Below, piece by piece: positions 10,393-18,818 of a DNA stretch of 64,000 nucleotides. The notes under the pieces were generated by a model. That model was not told the DNA's origin. It ran no database searches and saw only the letters and a list, made by a program, of their open reading frames with translations. This stretch comes from Gammaproteobacteria bacterium (lineage in GTDB: Bacteria > Pseudomonadota > Gammaproteobacteria > Ga0077536), in NCBI GenBank assembly GCA_965278995.1, contig OZ257136.1:2874497-2938496 (forward strand), read 5' to 3'. Position 1 is the first letter of the stretch. The number at the start of each line of letters is the position of its first letter. The position numbers and the translations under genes were made by a program.

Positions 10393-10869
10393 ATGAACCA
10401 AGCAACCTCGCCTGTCGCATTCGCGTCCGGCTACAAGACCGACGCCATCCAGTGGCAACGGATTGTCGGTACACCACGCTTCGACTATCCCATCGACTAC
10501 TGGGTTGCCGTGCTAGGAGTACAACCGGAAATCGGCCGCATCGAGTTCCTGAGTAAATGGGAACCGAATTCCTATTGCCACTATCACCGCCATCTCGGCC
10601 CGACCACGGTGCTGGTTCTCGAGGGCGAACATCACGTCATCGAAACCTCGGCCAACGAAACCGTGCACAAAGTGCGTCAGCCGGGTTTCTTTGCCACCAA
10701 CCCGGGCGGCGACGTCCACATGGAATTCGGTGGTCCACAAGGCGCGGTCGTGTTTTTCAGCTGCCAGGCATTGGAAGGCGGCAAACTGTTCGATGTGCTG
10801 GCCAGTAATGGCAAGGTGCTGGTCACGGCGACCATCGACGACTTCGTCAGTGGCAAACTGAAAGGCTGA
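10393..10869 (+). CDS. Cupin-domain protein of unknown function
   Basis: The HYHRHLGPTTVLVLEGEHHV beta-barrel motif is present; there is no further assignment. Confidence 0.45.
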   Translation: MNQATSPVAFASGYKTDAIQWQRIVGTPRFDYPIDYWVAVLGVQPEIGRIEFLSKWEPNSYCHYHRHLGPTTVLVLEGEHHVIETSANETVHKVRQPGFFATNPGGDVHMEFGGPQGAVVFFSCQALEGGKLFDVLASNGKVLVTATIDDFVSGKLKG

Positions 10870-10944
10870 GTCCATCGTCGGCGGCATCGCCGGGGAGCTC
10901 GGTGAGGATAGTTGCGGGGAAATCGTGCGAGGGGAGTACAGCGC

Positions 10945-12096
10945 ATGTCTACCGAAGTCGATACCGCAGGCGCGATTGATGCCGATGGCCACATCCTCGA
11001 ACCACCGGATCTGTGGGAGAAATATCTCGAGCCACAGTATCGCAGTCGTGCCATCCGCATTCGAACGAATGCCGATGGCCTGGAATATCTGGAATACGAC
11101 GGCAAACCGTCGCGCTTGATGCCGCCCGGATTTCCGGGTTCGCTCGGCGGCATGGGCGCACCGGATATCATCCCGTCGGCCGAACGCAGCTATGTTCGTT
11201 CTGCACCTTTCGGCTCGATGGATCCGACTGAGCGCGTGCAGCGACTGGATCAGGAAGGACTGGCTAAAGCCGTGCTTTATCCGACACTCGGCATTCTGTG
11301 GGAGCCCGAAGTGCGCGACCCGGAAATCGCCGCCGCCTACACCCGCGCGTACAACCGCTGGATCATGGATTTCTGCAGCGATTCGGCCGGCCGTCTCGTG
11401 CCGATAGCGCATATTTCGCTGTCGGACCCGGAACTGGCAGCGACAGAAACCGAACGCGCGCTAACGGCCGGCGCAAAGGGAATTTTCTTTCATCCCTTCA
11501 CGTGGACGCGGAAATCCCCGGGCCATGGCGATTACGCGCGCATGTGGGCCATTGCGCAGGAACATGGCGTGCCGGTAGGCCTGCATCCGACCGTGGATCC
11601 GCCGTCACTGGATGTTCATCGACGATTCGATGCGCTGTCCCAGCGCGAGCCTTTCCAATTCACCTGGTATTTCGATGTCCTCGTCGCACAAGGCATGCAG
11701 CAGGCATTCGTGTCCTTGTTTCATTACCGCATTTTCGAGCGTTTCCCGACCATCAAAGTCGTAATACTCGAATCGCAGGCAGGCTGGGTCGGGCAGCTGA
11801 TGGATCGCATGGATGCCGTATCGCAGGGGCCTTTGATGCCGAAAGCGGGAATGAAAGAATTGCCAAGCGTCTATTTCAAGCGTCACTGTTATATATCGAT
11901 CGACCCGGACGAGCGCGCCATCGCCGGCGTGGTGCCGTTCATCGGCGACGACCGTTTTTTCTGGGCCTCGGATTTTCCGCATCCCGACCACACCGCGAAC
12001 TACATGCACGAACTGACCAATATGCTCGCGCCGTTGCCGGAAGTATCGCGCCGGCGAATTCTGTCGGAGAACGTGATCGAGGCATTCAGCCTGTAG
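10945..12096 (+). CDS. Amidohydrolase-2 family (ACMSD-like metal-dependent hydrolase/decarboxylase)
   Basis: Motifs GAIDADGHILEPPDLW and FFWASDFPHPDH are present. A GGGGAG ribosome-binding site precedes the ATG at 10945. Confidence 0.75.
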   Translation: MSTEVDTAGAIDADGHILEPPDLWEKYLEPQYRSRAIRIRTNADGLEYLEYDGKPSRLMPPGFPGSLGGMGAPDIIPSAERSYVRSAPFGSMDPTERVQRLDQEGLAKAVLYPTLGILWEPEVRDPEIAAAYTRAYNRWIMDFCSDSAGRLVPIAHISLSDPELAATETERALTAGAKGIFFHPFTWTRKSPGHGDYARMWAIAQEHGVPVGLHPTVDPPSLDVHRRFDALSQREPFQFTWYFDVLVAQGMQQAFVSLFHYRIFERFPTIKVVILESQAGWVGQLMDRMDAVSQGPLMPKAGMKELPSVYFKRHCYISIDPDERAIAGVVPFIGDDRFFWASDFPHPDHTANYMHELTNMLAPLPEVSRRRILSENVIEAFSL

Positions 12097-12114
12097 CGTC
12101 ACGAGCCGGATGAA

Positions 12115-12552
12115 TTGAACTTGAGCCAACAAAAGCCGATCGAAGTCCGCGCGGCACTGTGGCCGCGTGACGCGCCGGTACTGGCGCACATCCGCCGCGA
12201 GGTATTCGTCCTTGAGCAGGCCGTGCCAGAGGAACTCGAATGGGACGGTGAAGACGACACCGCCCGACACTGGCTCGCGCTGATCGACGGCGTCCCGGCA
12301 GGCACCGTGCGCATGCTGGCGGATGGCCATATCGGCCGCATGGCCGTACTCGCCGCTCACCGCCAACTGGGCATCGGCTCGCGTCTGCTCACTGCCGCGA
12401 TCGCCGATGCGCGGCAGCGTGCATTGATCGAGGTCTACCTGCACGCTCAAGTCCATGCGCTGCGTTTCTATTCTGCCCATGGTTTCGTTGCCGAGGGCGC
12501 CGAGTTCGTGGACGCCGGTATCCCGCATCGGGCGATGCGACTGCGATGCTGA
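12115..12552 (+). CDS. GNAT-family N-acetyltransferase
   Basis: Motif A RMAVLAAHRQLGIGSRLL is present. The ORF track gives a TTG start; the true start is uncertain. Confidence 0.65.
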   Translation: MNLSQQKPIEVRAALWPRDAPVLAHIRREVFVLEQAVPEELEWDGEDDTARHWLALIDGVPAGTVRMLADGHIGRMAVLAAHRQLGIGSRLLTAAIADARQRALIEVYLHAQVHALRFYSAHGFVAEGAEFVDAGIPHRAMRLRC

Positions 12553-12630
12553 AGTTCGCCTGAGCCGATAGCACGCGCGGCTCCTGCTCGCGCTGGTCAT
12601 GACGGCGGCCAGGCTGCTATCGTCGGCTGC

Positions 12631-14946
12631 GTGGAACTCACCGGCCATCAACCGCCCGCTGTCGACGACCCGGTCTTGCGCGATCCGGTCTGCGGCATGA
12701 GCGTGACGGATCAGTCGCCGCATCACCACGTGCATGAGACACGCGCGTTCAATTTCTGCAGTGCCGGCTGCAAAACGCGCTTTATCGCCGATCCATTGCG
12801 CTATCTCGCACCCGAAACGGTAGCGCGGGACGCTGCCGTGCAGCCGCCCGGCACGCGCTATACCTGCCCGATGCATCCGGAAATAATCACTGAGAAACCG
12901 GATGACTGCCCGCTCTGCGGCATGCGCCTCGAGCCGCTGCTGCCGGGTCTGGACGATGCCGCTGATCCCGAACTAGCCGACGTCGAGCGCCGCTTCCTGT
13001 GGAGTCTGCCGTTGACCTTGACCGTGGTCGCGCTGGCCATGTTCGGCCATCGATTCACAGGTATTGCGCCCGCACTGCAGTCCTGGCTCGAAGGACTGCT
13101 GGCTGCGCCGGTGGTGCTGTGGGCAGGTCAGCCGATCTTTACTCGCGCCTGGCGTTCGCTGCTCCAACGCAGCCCCAATATGTGGACCTTGATTGGTACC
13201 GGCACCAGCGCCGCATTCGTCTACAGCGTAGCTGCCACGTTGCGACCGGAGTGGTTCCCGGATATTTACGCCACGATGGGACGTATCGGTGTCTACTACG
13301 AGGCCGCCGCTGCCATCGTTTCGTTGACTCTGCTCGGGCAGATCCTTGAACTGCGCGCACGCGCGCGGACCGGCAGCGCATTGCGCAGCCTGTTAGGCCT
13401 CGCGCCTGAAACAGCAACACGTGTCACCGCCAGTGGAGATGAACTCGAAGTGCCGCTGGCTGAGGTGCAGCGCGGCGATCGATTGCGCGTCCGCCCCGGC
13501 GGCCGTGTGCCGGTCGATGGCCTGGTCATCGAAGGTCGCAGCGCGGTCGATGAATCGATGCTGACAGGCGAACCGCTGCCGGTCGTCAAATGCACCGGCG
13601 ATCGCGTCATTGGCGCGACCATGAACGTGGACGGCACGCTGATCATCGAAGCGACGAGTATCGGCATGGAAACGCTGCTCGCCCGCATCGTTGCCCAGGT
13701 CGCCGAGGCCCAGCGCTCGCGCGCGCCGTTGCAGCGCCTCGCCGATCAGGTCGCGCGTTACTTCGTGTTCGGCGTCGGCACTGTCGCTGTTGCCAGCTTG
13801 CTGGCGTGGGGTCTGTTTGGCCCGGAACCGGCCTGGACTCATGGCTATATCAATGCGATTGCGGTGCTGATCGTAGCCTGCCCCTGCGCTCTCGGTCTGG
13901 CAACGCCGATGTCAGTGATGGTCGCCACCGGGCGTGCGGCCAGCCATGGAATTCTGTTTCGCGATGCAGCGGCGCTCGAGCGTTTGCGCGACGTCGATAC
14001 GCTGGTCATCGACAAAACGGGGACCTTGACTGCGGGTCGCCCAAGCGTCGTACGAGTCGTGGCAATGGTGGGTACTTCAGAGAACGATGTGCTGCGACTC
14101 GCCGCCAGTCTCGAGCAGGGCAGCGAACACCCGCTAGCCGGTGCCATTGTCAACGCGGCGCGTGCGCGCGAACTCATCCTCAGTCGTCCGCTCACCTTCA
14201 CCGTCGAAGCTGGCGCAGGCGTCGAAGGTCGGGTTGGCAACCGGCGTTTGATGCTTGGCAGTCCGACCTACCTGGCTACCGCAGGCGTGGCTATCGATGT
14301 GGCCTCCCTCGATGCGACGACGCGCGTCGAGGGCAGCGAGAGCATCGTCTATCTGGCTGCCGACGGCGTGCTGCTTGGACGTATTGCGCTGGCCGACACT
14401 ATCAAATCCAGCACACCCGCTGCGCTGGCCTCCCTGAAGGCGGCGGGTCTGCGTGTGATTATGGCCAGTGGTGACGCCGAGGTCAGCGCGCAGGCTGTCG
14501 GCAGACAACTCGGTCTCGCCGAGATTCACGGCGGTATGTTGCCGCAACACAAGCGCACGCTCGTACAGCGACTGCAGAACGAAGGGCGCATCGTCGCTGT
14601 CGTCGGCGACGGCATCAACGATGCGCCCGCGCTCGCTCAAGCCGATGTCGGCATCGCCATGGGCACCGGCACCGATGTCGCCATGCACAGTGCTGCCATC
14701 ACCCTCGTTAAAGGCGACCTGCGCGGCATTGCGACCGCACGAGCACTGTCAGTTGCCGCCGTCACCAATATGCGCCAGAACCTCGCTTTCGCGCTGATCT
14801 ACAATGCTATCGGCATCCCTCTCGCCGCCGGCGTGTTGTATCCGTTCACCGGCTGGCTGCTGTCACCGATGTTTGCAGCGGCCGCGATGAGCCTCAGTTC
14901 GGCGTCAGTGATCACGAACGCACTGCGTTTGCGGACTGGACATTGA
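12631..14946 (+). CDS. copA: Copper-translocating P1B-type ATPase with an N-terminal TRASH/YHS-like domain plus a CxxC metal-binding domain
   Basis: Motifs present: [15 protein letters not shown]...CPLCGM, the TGEP actuator motif, the CPC transmembrane motif ([12 protein letters not shown]), DKTGTLT and GDGINDAP. The start codon is GTG. Confidence 0.9.
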   Translation: MELTGHQPPAVDDPVLRDPVCGMSVTDQSPHHHVHETRAFNFCSAGCKTRFIADPLRYLAPETVARDAAVQPPGTRYTCPMHPEIITEKPDDCPLCGMRLEPLLPGLDDAADPELADVERRFLWSLPLTLTVVALAMFGHRFTGIAPALQSWLEGLLAAPVVLWAGQPIFTRAWRSLLQRSPNMWTLIGTGTSAAFVYSVAATLRPEWFPDIYATMGRIGVYYEAAAAIVSLTLLGQILELRARARTGSALRSLLGLAPETATRVTASGDELEVPLAEVQRGDRLRVRPGGRVPVDGLVIEGRSAVDESMLTGEPLPVVKCTGDRVIGATMNVDGTLIIEATSIGMETLLARIVAQVAEAQRSRAPLQRLADQVARYFVFGVGTVAVASLLAWGLFGPEPAWTHGYINAIAVLIVACPCALGLATPMSVMVATGRAASHGILFRDAAALERLRDVDTLVIDKTGTLTAGRPSVVRVVAMVGTSENDVLRLAASLEQGSEHPLAGAIVNAARARELILSRPLTFTVEAGAGVEGRVGNRRLMLGSPTYLATAGVAIDVASLDATTRVEGSESIVYLAADGVLLGRIALADTIKSSTPAALASLKAAGLRVIMASGDAEVSAQAVGRQLGLAEIHGGMLPQHKRTLVQRLQNEGRIVAVVGDGINDAPALAQADVGIAMGTGTDVAMHSAAITLVKGDLRGIATARALSVAAVTNMRQNLAFALIYNAIGIPLAAGVLYPFTGWLLSPMFAAAAMSLSSASVITNALRLRTGH

Positions 14947-14955
14947 TTGAGCGCC

Positions 14956-14990
14956 GGATACTGCGCGTTGCGTTTACAAGCGCAGTACCC
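14956..14990. other. Hairpin with a 10-bp stem (GGATACTGCGC / GCGCAGTACC) and a 13-nt loop, immediately after the copA stop. It is a possible terminator or operator but has no U-tract.
   Basis: Inverted repeat read directly in the sequence. Confidence 0.3.
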
Positions 14991-15035
14991 GGCAGTAGTC
15001 TCGGCTGAAGGTTACGGCTGGGGAGGCTCGCACCG

Positions 15036-16271
15036 ATGACCATCGACGACCGCTTGAACAGTCCGGCATTTTTCGCGACCGGAGGTCACTACGCCTTGTT
15101 CGACACGCTCCGTATCGAGGACCCCGTGCATTGGACGATGAGCCCGGACCGTCGTGGCTATTGGTCGATATTCCGTCATGCCGACGTCAAGACCATCTTG
15201 AACGAGCCAGTGCTGTTCAGTTCCGAACGCGAAGGCGTGGCACCTGTCATCGATGCCGAAATGGCGGCTGTCGTCGGCGAAGCCTGGGGTATCGGCGAAA
15301 ATGTCGCGATGATCGATCCGCCGCGTCATGCCGAGTTCCGCCGGGTCATGGCCGCACCGTTTCTACCCAAGGCACTGGCCGACGGCGAGGCACACACCAA
15401 AGCCATGATCGGCGCCATCTTCGATCAGCTGCCAGCACATGGCGAAATCGATCTGGTCAGCGATCTCGCCGTGCGCATTCCAATGGCCGTGATTTGCGAT
15501 ATCCTCAGATTGCCTGACGCCGATCGCGACGACATGTTGCTGTGGGGAAAGATGGCCATAGGCGGTACCGACCCCGAATACCAGCAGGGCAGCGTGGCAG
15601 AGACCGTCAGCCATGGATTCCGCAAGCTCTATGATTACAGCATGGACCGATCGATCGAGCGGCGCGGGTGCCCGTTTTCCGATCCGCTGAGTCTGCTGGT
15701 CAACGCCAAAGTCGACGACCAGGCGTTGACCCCTTCGCAGGTCGCACACAACGCCGTGCAACTGCTGCTGGCCGGATTCGAGACCACTCGCAACGCGTTT
15801 TCCGGCGGCGTGCTCGCGCTGCTCGAACATCCGGCGCAGATGGCGCTGCTGCGCGACGACCCCAAACGCCTGCGCCTGGCTGCAGAAGAATTCGTACGCT
15901 GGTCGGACCCGGTCATTTCACTGATGCGTGTGGCCACTGCCGAGACTGCGATTGGCGGCCAGCGGATCAGGGAAGGTGAGCGCGTGATGCTGTGGTTCCC
16001 GTCAGCCAACCGAGATCCGCAGGTCTTCGACCGGCCGTATGAGTTCGATATCACGCGCCATCCTAATCTGCATCTCGGTTTCGGCGCCGGTCCGCATTTC
16101 TGTCTGGGTGGTCCGCTCGCCAAACTCGAGATCCGTCTGGCCATGGAAGCACTGCTGGAACGTTACGATGGCATTGAGATCACCGGTCCGGTCGAGCGAG
16201 TGCAATCGACGTTTGTCGGCGGTCTCAAACATCTGCCGGTCAAATTGATCCCGCGCCGGTCTGGCACATAG
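15036..16271 (+). CDS. Cytochrome P450
   Basis: The heme-binding motif FGAGPHFCLGGPLA and the EXXR motif (EEFVRW) are present. Confidence 0.9.
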   Translation: MTIDDRLNSPAFFATGGHYALFDTLRIEDPVHWTMSPDRRGYWSIFRHADVKTILNEPVLFSSEREGVAPVIDAEMAAVVGEAWGIGENVAMIDPPRHAEFRRVMAAPFLPKALADGEAHTKAMIGAIFDQLPAHGEIDLVSDLAVRIPMAVICDILRLPDADRDDMLLWGKMAIGGTDPEYQQGSVAETVSHGFRKLYDYSMDRSIERRGCPFSDPLSLLVNAKVDDQALTPSQVAHNAVQLLLAGFETTRNAFSGGVLALLEHPAQMALLRDDPKRLRLAAEEFVRWSDPVISLMRVATAETAIGGQRIREGERVMLWFPSANRDPQVFDRPYEFDITRHPNLHLGFGAGPHFCLGGPLAKLEIRLAMEALLERYDGIEITGPVERVQSTFVGGLKHLPVKLIPRRSGT

Positions 16272-16317
16272 CTGTTCCAGATTCCGGCTCTCGGTGGCAA
16301 TGCTTAATTGCGCTGTC

Positions 16318-17514
16318 TCAAGTGCCGAAAGCACGGGCGAAACGTTCGGCGATATCGTGCAGGCGTGCCAGGGGTTCATTGGCGAATACCAGCCGCAGAT
16401 AATTGGCGGTCTCATCCAGGCCCCAGTTTTCCATCGAAGTCGCGGCGACACTCTCGGCCAGCAGGCGACGCGAAGCTTCAGCGCCGGTCAGTCCAAGACG
16501 GCGAAAATCGATCAGCACCGACCAGCCGCCCTGCGCCGGGATGATGTCGAATTGCATGCGCAGCGCGGCGACCAGGAAGTCGTGCCGTTCCTGCCAGGCC
16601 GCCGTACAATCAGCGATGCCGTCGTCCTGCGCCTCAATTGCGGCGGCAACCGCCTGCTGCGCAATACCCACCGGGCACACCACATTCGAGATGCTGACCC
16701 GGCCGATAACTTCTGCGGCCGACAGCGGGCACACCACCCAGCCAACGCGCCAACCGATCATGCGGTATTCCTTCGACGCGGCACCGACCGTGACCGTCCG
16801 TTCTGTCATGCCTGGAAAGTGCAGTGGATGATGTTGCGGCGTGCCTTGGAATAGCAAACGCTCCATCGCAGTGTCGACGATCATCCAGGCATTGGCTTCC
16901 GTGCAGGCCGCACAGACCGCTCGCCATTCGTCTTTAGTGAACACTGCGCCGCTCGGCATCGACGGACTCATGAGCAGAAACGCTCGCGTTTTTGCCGTGA
17001 CAGCCGAGCGCAGCGTGTCGAGATCCATGCGCCAGCCCTGTGGCCCTGGTGTCATGCGGATATAACGCGGTACACCACCAGCAAGCTTGACGCGATTGAT
17101 CAGCCCGACGTACGTCGGGCTCGTCAGCACCACTTCGTCACCCGGCTCGATCAAAGCGAGCAGGACATTCAATATCCCGTTCAAGCCACCCGCAGAAATA
17201 AAGCACTGCTTGCGCCAGTCATAGTGACCAGAGGCAAGTCCCCCATTGCGTTCGACAAGACCGACGGCGGCACAGCGCAAACGATCGTGGCCGAAGAACG
17301 GCAGATAACTGTTGGCGCTGTCTTCTCGGACCTGCGCTTCGGTCATCGCGAGCGCGACCGGCGGCGGCAGTAAGTCCGTATCGAGATTCTCCAGGCGCAG
17401 CACACGCGGATCGCGCAGCGTATCTGCAGCATCGCCCATACGTTCGACACCGATGGCCGTCATCGCGGCGGTGCGTTGTCCGATGGTTGGAACCGATGGG
17501 GATATCATAATCAC
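16318..17514 (-). CDS. PLP-dependent aminotransferase, class I/II
   Basis: The Schiff-base lysine context SKEYRMIGWRVGW is present, with a typical fold-I length. Confidence 0.8.
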   Translation of the reverse strand: MIMISPSVPTIGQRTAAMTAIGVERMGDAADTLRDPRVLRLENLDTDLLPPPVALAMTEAQVREDSANSYLPFFGHDRLRCAAVGLVERNGGLASGHYDWRKQCFISAGGLNGILNVLLALIEPGDEVVLTSPTYVGLINRVKLAGGVPRYIRMTPGPQGWRMDLDTLRSAVTAKTRAFLLMSPSMPSGAVFTKDEWRAVCAACTEANAWMIVDTAMERLLFQGTPQHHPLHFPGMTERTVTVGAASKEYRMIGWRVGWVVCPLSAAEVIGRVSISNVVCPVGIAQQAVAAAIEAQDDGIADCTAAWQERHDFLVAALRMQFDIIPAQGGWSVLIDFRRLGLTGAEASRRLLAESVAATSMENWGLDETANYLRLVFANEPLARLHDIAERFARAFGT

Positions 17515-17683
17515 CTCCGCGCCGTTATCTTCCCGAGCGGGCCAGTAGGGTGCAAGTCCAGAGCGCTACGGCGTGGAAGATCTGCACCTACATCCGATAG
17601 AACAACGTACTATTCAGAGCAACCTTGCGCATAATGCCTTCAGCTGGTGGCCGTCGAGGAGAATTTTCGATCCTGTTAGCAGG

Positions 17684-17764
17684 GTGGTGAAATAAGTAGG
17701 GAGCGAAGGCAGGACAAGGCGCGCTGGTGCAACGCAGTCATGTCGAGCGCAATAGTTTTTCACC
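17684..17764. repeat. MITE/REP-like palindromic element, copy B (GGTGAAATAAGTAG ... AATAGTTTTTCACC)
   Basis: About 85% identical to the reverse complement of 45821-45899. It has ~12-bp terminal inverted repeats and an internal GCGCTNG/CGAGCGC dyad. Spurious ORFs across copies B and C share the peptide LVKNYCARHD...ARLVLPSL. Confidence 0.6.
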
Positions 17765-17787
17765 AGCCCGTTGGAGCGTAACGACCC

Positions 17788-18075
17788 ATGAACGCTGTCA
17801 TAGTCTTCGTCGCCGCAACCGTCGTCGTCGCACTCTTGGCTTGGATGGCATTCTTGGCTGTACTCGCAGTTATGCGCGATGTGAGTCTTTCCAAGATCCA
17901 GAAAGCTGCCCAAGCCTCGCTGATTATTTTGGTTCCATTTTTCGGGGCATTAATCATTTTGCGGCTCACACATGTCATCTCTCCTGAAGCCATACCACGA
18001 GCATTGGTCCCGTGGCCATTTTCCAGAATAGTGTTCGGGTCGGAGGCCCGCGAAACAAGGACAGACAGAATTTAA
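17788..18075 (+). CDS. Small hypothetical membrane protein (two transmembrane helices) in a low-GC islet
   Basis: The ORF has hydrophobic segments and atypical composition. The call is weak. Confidence 0.3.
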   Translation: MNAVIVFVAATVVVALLAWMAFLAVLAVMRDVSLSKIQKAAQASLIILVPFFGALIILRLTHVISPEAIPRALVPWPFSRIVFGSEARETRTDRI

Positions 18076-18266
18076 TGGGAGAAATAGCTCTAAACGAATA
18101 CGTACAAGGACGCCACGAGCATCTTGACGGTGAGTAAGGTGTAAAGAAAGACCGGGCCAGCCGGGGATGTCCAACTCCGTAACCCAACTGTCGCTAGAAA
18201 ACGGCTAATACTCCTCTGTCCACTCGTAACGCGCCATACATTCGACGCCTACCGTGCTTCCGCCGC

Positions 18267-18584
18267 TCACGCCGCCTGAACTGTATTGATCTCAGCGATT
18301 ATGGCAGCGCATCGTCTCTCCGCGTGCCACAAGTCATAGCGCTGCTGAAGCTGCAGCCAATGATCCGGGCCGTTACCAAAAAGCTTGCCCAACCGCAATG
18401 CCATTTCCGGCGTTACCGGCTGACGCTCTGCAAGTACTGAATGTAGCGAGTGACGTGAGACACCGAGCGCGCGCGCAGCTGCAGACTCCGATAGGCTAAC
18501 GGATGGTAGCGCTTCGTCGCGCAAGACCTCTCCGGGGTGCGTAGGAGCCATCGATGGAACGCTTACCTTGAATGCCTTCACCAT
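18267..18584 (-). CDS. higA: HigA-family antitoxin (XRE-type helix-turn-helix)
   Basis: MAPTHPGEVLRDE...LGVSRHSLHSVLAERQPVTPEMALRLGKLFGNGPDHWLQLQQRYDLW matches the HigA signature. The start may be the Met at 18551. Confidence 0.6.
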   Translation of the reverse strand: MVKAFKVSVPSMAPTHPGEVLRDEALPSVSLSESAAARALGVSRHSLHSVLAERQPVTPEMALRLGKLFGNGPDHWLQLQQRYDLWHAERRCAAIIAEINTVQAA

Positions 18585-18781
18585 CGTTGAACCCTCGAAT
18601 CGGGAAACTGTGGATCGCGAACAATTGTAGATAGCGGCATCAGTCGTGTAAACCAAAAATCGACAGTTATCGACGACTGATCCGACCCTACCAAACTAAT
18701 CAACACGTTCTGTCGACATGTTCGAAGTTTACTTCGCATGCTGAACTGCACAAGGACTGGTCGAGAAAACGAAACGGCCAA
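18585..18781 (-). pseudogene. Putative frameshifted remnant of a higB (RelE/ParE-fold) toxin upstream of higA
   Basis: Two minus-strand frames give HigB-like C-terminal fragments: SITVDFWFTRL, then after a frameshift RFLVYTTDAAIYNC. Compare the WSIRVNDQWRLIFRW...DAYDVDYVDYH-type C-terminus. There is no intact toxin ORF. Confidence 0.3.
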
Positions 18782-18818
18782 TCTGACGTGTACCGATGCA
18801 GATGGCTACAGTCTGTGA

